A stretch of DNA of 62,738 nt, the filler included, from Nanobdellota archaeon (GTDB lineage: Archaea > Nanobdellota > Nanobdellia > Woesearchaeales > CAZZGN01), in NCBI GenBank assembly GCA_051819665.1. It is 8 parts of 8 records of this genome, joined end to end, with 100 filler letters (N's around TTAATTAATTAA, not from the genome) between each part and the next. Parts side by side here need not be neighbours in the genome. Positions count along the whole stretch, not along the records: positions 56,043 to 62,738 come from JBNJDG010000048.1; 7 more parts are not named here. One strand, written 5' to 3'. Within the stretch, counting starts at the first letter, position 1. Every line of letters starts with the position of its first letter. Positions 59,195 to 62,738 of the stretch are shown one piece after another. A program made the translations under genes and the position numbers. The notes under the pieces were generated by a model. That model was given only the letters and a program-made list of their open reading frames with translations. It had not been told where the DNA came from and searched no databases.

Positions 59195-59383
59195 TCTCCT
59201 GAAATTCCTTTGTATCTCTTCTTCTATTTTAACTCCCCCTGCTGATAACCTATAATCTAATCCTGAACAAGGTGTTTTAAAAATGTTTATTACCCCCTTA
59301 AAATTAATACACAGAATGGCCTGAGTTTCTATCCATGAATGGTCAATAAACTTAATAAAACTCTACAGGAAAGAGATTTTTGT

Positions 59384-60184
59384 ATGAAATATAAGGTAAA
59401 CAAGAAGAAGAAGCACCAGAAGCATAAGAAGAAGGATGTTGATCTGGCATACGATTTCTCGAAAAGGGCTTATAAGGAATTCGGCTCTTTCCTCAAGACC
59501 ATAGCCATCTTCGGCAGCAGTGCCACCAAGAAGAATTCGGATAGTAATGATATAGACATGCTCCTCATTGTTGATGATGTTAGTATAGTGCTGAGCAATG
59601 AGATCATCGAGACTTACAGGGTTATTCTCAAGAAACTAGTATCGAAAGTGTCAAAGAAACTGCACATCACGACCCTCAGGTTCTCCACATTCTGGGACCT
59701 GGTAAGGAACGGGGATCCTGTAGTGGTGAATATACTGAGAGATGGATCACCTATAATCGACTCAGGTGTATTCGAGCCAGTACAGAAACTCCTCCTGTCG
59801 GGAAAGATAAGGCCAAGTGCAGAGAGCATCTGGACTTATTTCTCGAGAGCGCCTTCAGCAATACATAATTCGAAATCCAACCTGCTTCAGGCAGCAGTCA
59901 ACCTTTACTGGGCCGTGATAGACTCTGCCCATGCTGCCCTGATGAACGAGGGAGAAGTTCCTCCCAGCCCTGACCACATCGCAGATCTTCTCCAGGTGAG
60001 ACTTGTGAACGAGGGGAAAGTCGAGCAGAGATACGCAGCAATAATGAGGGACTTCTACAAACTCTACAAGGACATAGCCCACAGGAACATCAAGGAAGTC
60101 AGGGGAGAAGATTACGACAAGTACCAGAAGATGGCCGATGATTTCGTGAGAAGGATGAGGAAGATCATCGAAGAGAAGAAATGA
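59384..60184 (+). CDS. Nucleotidyltransferase (MNT)-HEPN-like fusion protein
   Basis: IFGSS...DIDMLLIVDD; C-terminal YWAVIDSAHAALM...KDIAH. Confidence 0.8.
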   Translation: MKYKVNKKKKHQKHKKKDVDLAYDFSKRAYKEFGSFLKTIAIFGSSATKKNSDSNDIDMLLIVDDVSIVLSNEIIETYRVILKKLVSKVSKKLHITTLRFSTFWDLVRNGDPVVVNILRDGSPIIDSGVFEPVQKLLLSGKIRPSAESIWTYFSRAPSAIHNSKSNLLQAAVNLYWAVIDSAHAALMNEGEVPPSPDHIADLLQVRLVNEGKVEQRYAAIMRDFYKLYKDIAHRNIKEVRGEDYDKYQKMADDFVRRMRKIIEEKK

Positions 60185-60236
60185 TCATGTAAGTTTTCAA
60201 TAAACTTTTTATTCTATACCTTGATCCTTATTTTGT

Positions 60237-60797
60237 ATGAGCTTTGAAGAGAAAAAGAGAAATGCTCTCGACGGGCTTGAAAAGGAAGACAGATCAAGAA
60301 AAGGAAAAGTTGATGAGGACATAAGACCTCTCCTCGATATCCTTAACAATCATCCCGATTATTACACTACAAGCAGCTGTTCGGGGAGGATCATGCTCTA
60401 TACAAGTTCTGAGAATAAAAAGGACTGCAGATGGCTCTTTGTAAGCCACGGCTTTGTGAAGAGAGAGGACCTTCCAAGGATAGAAGGAGAAAAGGAGCCT
60501 GTCTGGCTCAAACAGGAATCGATGATCCTCCATATCATAGCGAAAGACCTCCCTGCAGCAGAAAAGCTCGTCAAGACAGCTAAAGATGCAGGGATAAAAA
60601 GACCAGGTATCCAATCAATAAAGCCGAGGATAATGACAGAGATAATGTACGGACTGAAAGTAGATGTTCCTGTGCATGATGAAAAGATGCTTGTCTCTGA
60701 AGAATACCTTGATTACATTATCAATATAGCGAATGAGAATCAAAAGAAAAACAAAGAAAAAATAAAGAAGCTCAAAGCTTCTTTCTCCACTCTTTGA
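60237..60797 (+). CDS. taw3: tRNA wyosine-derivative methyltransferase Taw3/Tyw3
   Basis: VDEDI, YYTTSSCSGRI, WLFVSH, ILHI. Confidence 0.93.
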   Translation: MSFEEKKRNALDGLEKEDRSRKGKVDEDIRPLLDILNNHPDYYTTSSCSGRIMLYTSSENKKDCRWLFVSHGFVKREDLPRIEGEKEPVWLKQESMILHIIAKDLPAAEKLVKTAKDAGIKRPGIQSIKPRIMTEIMYGLKVDVPVHDEKMLVSEEYLDYIINIANENQKKNKEKIKKLKASFSTL

Positions 60798-61419
60798 CCA
60801 TCTTCTCCGCCTCGTTCCTGAGACCAAGGCCGAAACCGAGAGCGAGGGCGAAGACAATACCTCCAAGGATTATGAGGAAGCTGTCAGTAGCCACGCTGAG
60901 GTTTATACCTACCTGCTCGAGGGCTATAAGAAGAGAGAAGACTATTATGATCACTCTCGTCAAGCCTCCGATGAATTTGGAATGGGAAAAAGAGGTCTGC
61001 TCGATCTTGAGCTTGGTGTAGTTGGCTATCAGGATACCTATAATCATTATAATTACCGCTGCGATCAGGTTAGGTATCCACATCGAGAGATTAATCAACA
61101 GACTTTCAAGGCTCTTGAGCTCAACAATCTCGGCTGCCGGCGGAAAGAACAGTATGAACACATACCACCGGGCGATCAATGACAGGAAATGTGACAGCTT
61201 GAACTTCCCTATCACTTTCTTTAAACCTGTCTCCTGTATTGTCCACTTATCTAGCTTGACCCTCTTAAGCAGTTTCTCAAGGCCATTATAGATAAGCCAG
61301 GCCACAAAATAACCAATGAGCAATATTATCAAAGCCCAAAGTATTGAAGGGGCGGTCTCGACTATACCGTCCCACATCGCCGTAAAGACGCTTTTAAGTT
61401 CTCCTCCTAATGTTGGCAT
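60772..61419 (-). CDS. TM-helix repeat protein (MscS-associated/CmpX-like)
   Basis: PSILWALIILLIG and IPNLIAAVIIMIIG repeats, ALEQVGI, ALALGFGLG. Confidence 0.8.
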   Translation of the reverse strand: MPTLGGELKSVFTAMWDGIVETAPSILWALIILLIGYFVAWLIYNGLEKLLKRVKLDKWTIQETGLKKVIGKFKLSHFLSLIARWYVFILFFPPAAEIVELKSLESLLINLSMWIPNLIAAVIIMIIGILIANYTKLKIEQTSFSHSKFIGGLTRVIIIVFSLLIALEQVGINLSVATDSFLIILGGIVFALALGFGLGLRNEAEKMVKEWRKKL

Positions 61420-61424
61420 TCATA

Positions 61425-62723
61425 TCATCCCCATTTTTCGAAAGCTCTGGCGAGCTCTCTTTTCTTTTTAGCTTCCTGTTTCAGAGGCTTTTTCCTTACG
61501 GCAGCCTCTGTTGCCTGTCTCATAGCCATAGCTCCCTTTCTTGTACCATCAGGATGACCATGGACGCCTCCGCCTGCCTGTATGATTATATCCTTCCCCA
61601 TAGTCTTCACTATCTTCGGTACCTGTAAGGGAGATACACCACCTGAAGCCACTGCAAGCGTCGGCTTTATCTTATACCATTTCTGTGTAAGACGGTGATT
61701 GGTATCATCTGCACTGATATCATGGCATTCTACCTCTTCCTCTATAGACAATTCTTCATTTTTTGAACCGTGCATCTTTCCTATGCCGGCAGTCCCTATA
61801 TGGAGCTGGTCTATCCCGAGAAGCCTGCTCAGCTTAGCCAGCACAAGCATCGAGATACCATGATGAGGGTCCCTTGTGAGAGCACCGTGCATGGCCCTGT
61901 GCCCGTGGAGAGCAAGGCCGAGTTTCTCTGTATAATTCCTTATAGAATGAAGGGCCGACCAGCCTATCGTGAGTATATCGACCATGACATATTCCCCTCC
62001 GCGGTTCTTCACATGCCTGGCCCTCTTCTTCATCTCCTCATATTCAGCTGTTATATTCGCAAGGTAGATCTTCTTCTCGCCTGTCTCCTTCTCTGCCTTA
62101 TCCCTTTTCTTCAGGGTTTGTGTGATACGCTTATAGAAATTGTTGAATTCCATCGAGGTAAGATTCTCATCATCCTTGACGACATCCAGGCCACCCATCC
62201 ATGCCTCGAAAGCAACTTCAGCATGCTGTTTATGATCAAGGCCGACCTTTGGCTTCACTATTGTCCCGATAAGGGGTCTTCCCTTAACCTCTGCTATCCT
62301 TCTGACACCCTTTATCCCGAACTGAGGACCCGGGAAAGAATCAATAAGCTTCTTCGGAAAATGGATATCATCAAGTCGCAAATGCCTGGCCTGTTTCATC
62401 CCGTAGATATTCCCGGCTATAGAAGATAATATTCCCGAAATATTGCCTGCTTCAAAGAGATCCTGGGGATAAGCTATCTTTATACGCTTAGTCCTCTTGT
62501 TAATATAGAATGCATGAGGCTTAAGCTTTTTCGCTATGGAAGGGTTCATCGTGGAAATCTTGGTCCATGTGCCTATCGAGGATTCTCCCGCGAGGAACTC
62601 GCACATCTGCTCAAGGCTGTATCCTTCCTCAGGATCCACATAATACTCTACAATAAGGTCTGTCCTCTTTGGCTTATAATCCAGATCCACGAACTCACAA
62701 TTCCCATAAATCATCTCCTGCAC
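61425..62723 (-). CDS. rbcL: RuBisCO large subunit, form III-type
   Basis: ESSIGTW, KPKVGL, carbamylation motif DVVKDDENL, HGHRAMHG, HIGT, GKM, SGG, QAGGGVHGHP. Confidence 0.95.
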   Translation of the reverse strand: MQEMIYGNCEFVDLDYKPKRTDLIVEYYVDPEEGYSLEQMCEFLAGESSIGTWTKISTMNPSIAKKLKPHAFYINKRTKRIKIAYPQDLFEAGNISGILSSIAGNIYGMKQARHLRLDDIHFPKKLIDSFPGPQFGIKGVRRIAEVKGRPLIGTIVKPKVGLDHKQHAEVAFEAWMGGLDVVKDDENLTSMEFNNFYKRITQTLKKRDKAEKETGEKKIYLANITAEYEEMKKRARHVKNRGGEYVMVDILTIGWSALHSIRNYTEKLGLALHGHRAMHGALTRDPHHGISMLVLAKLSRLLGIDQLHIGTAGIGKMHGSKNEELSIEEEVECHDISADDTNHRLTQKWYKIKPTLAVASGGVSPLQVPKIVKTMGKDIIIQAGGGVHGHPDGTRKGAMAMRQATEAAVRKKPLKQEAKKKRELARAFEKWG

Positions 62724-62738
62724 CTCCGGGCTATAAAA

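Overview
The window is not one continuous locus. It is eight assembly contigs (the six complete internal ones are 7.2-8.4 kb, in descending length order) joined by artificial 100-nt N/TTAATTAATTAA/N spacers, so adjacency across spacers is meaningless. Gene content and AT-rich TATA boxes about 25 nt upstream of many start codons point to a DPANN-type archaeon, probably Woesearchaeota (inference). Supporting genes include deoxyhypusine synthase, archease-RtcB, Taw3, form III-type RuBisCO and archaeal-type TA pairs. Housekeeping and transport genes include prs (missed by the ORF track), feoAB with a DtxR regulator, class I aldolase, yggS, glyA, nrdR, dnaK/dnaJ, znuABC, rnhB, rtcB, topA and tRNA-Arg(GCG). 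Four features stand out. (1) Two paralogous bacterial RpoD-like sigma-70 genes sit in an apparently archaeal contig; both have intact regions 2 and 4 but a shortened region 3. (2) A toxin-antitoxin island has a recurring 28-bp 11-6-11 imperfect inverted repeat at its module boundaries, with dif-like geometry that suggests a recombinase-shuffled cassette array. (3) An AT-rich five-gene nucleotide operon encodes a variant GTP cyclohydrolase II, PyrF, a guanylate kinase-like protein, a thymidylate synthase-like protein and a Zn-ribbon protein. (4) A family of small hairpin repeats duplicates tRNA 3' ends. All assignments come from motif recognition by eye; no database searches were run.
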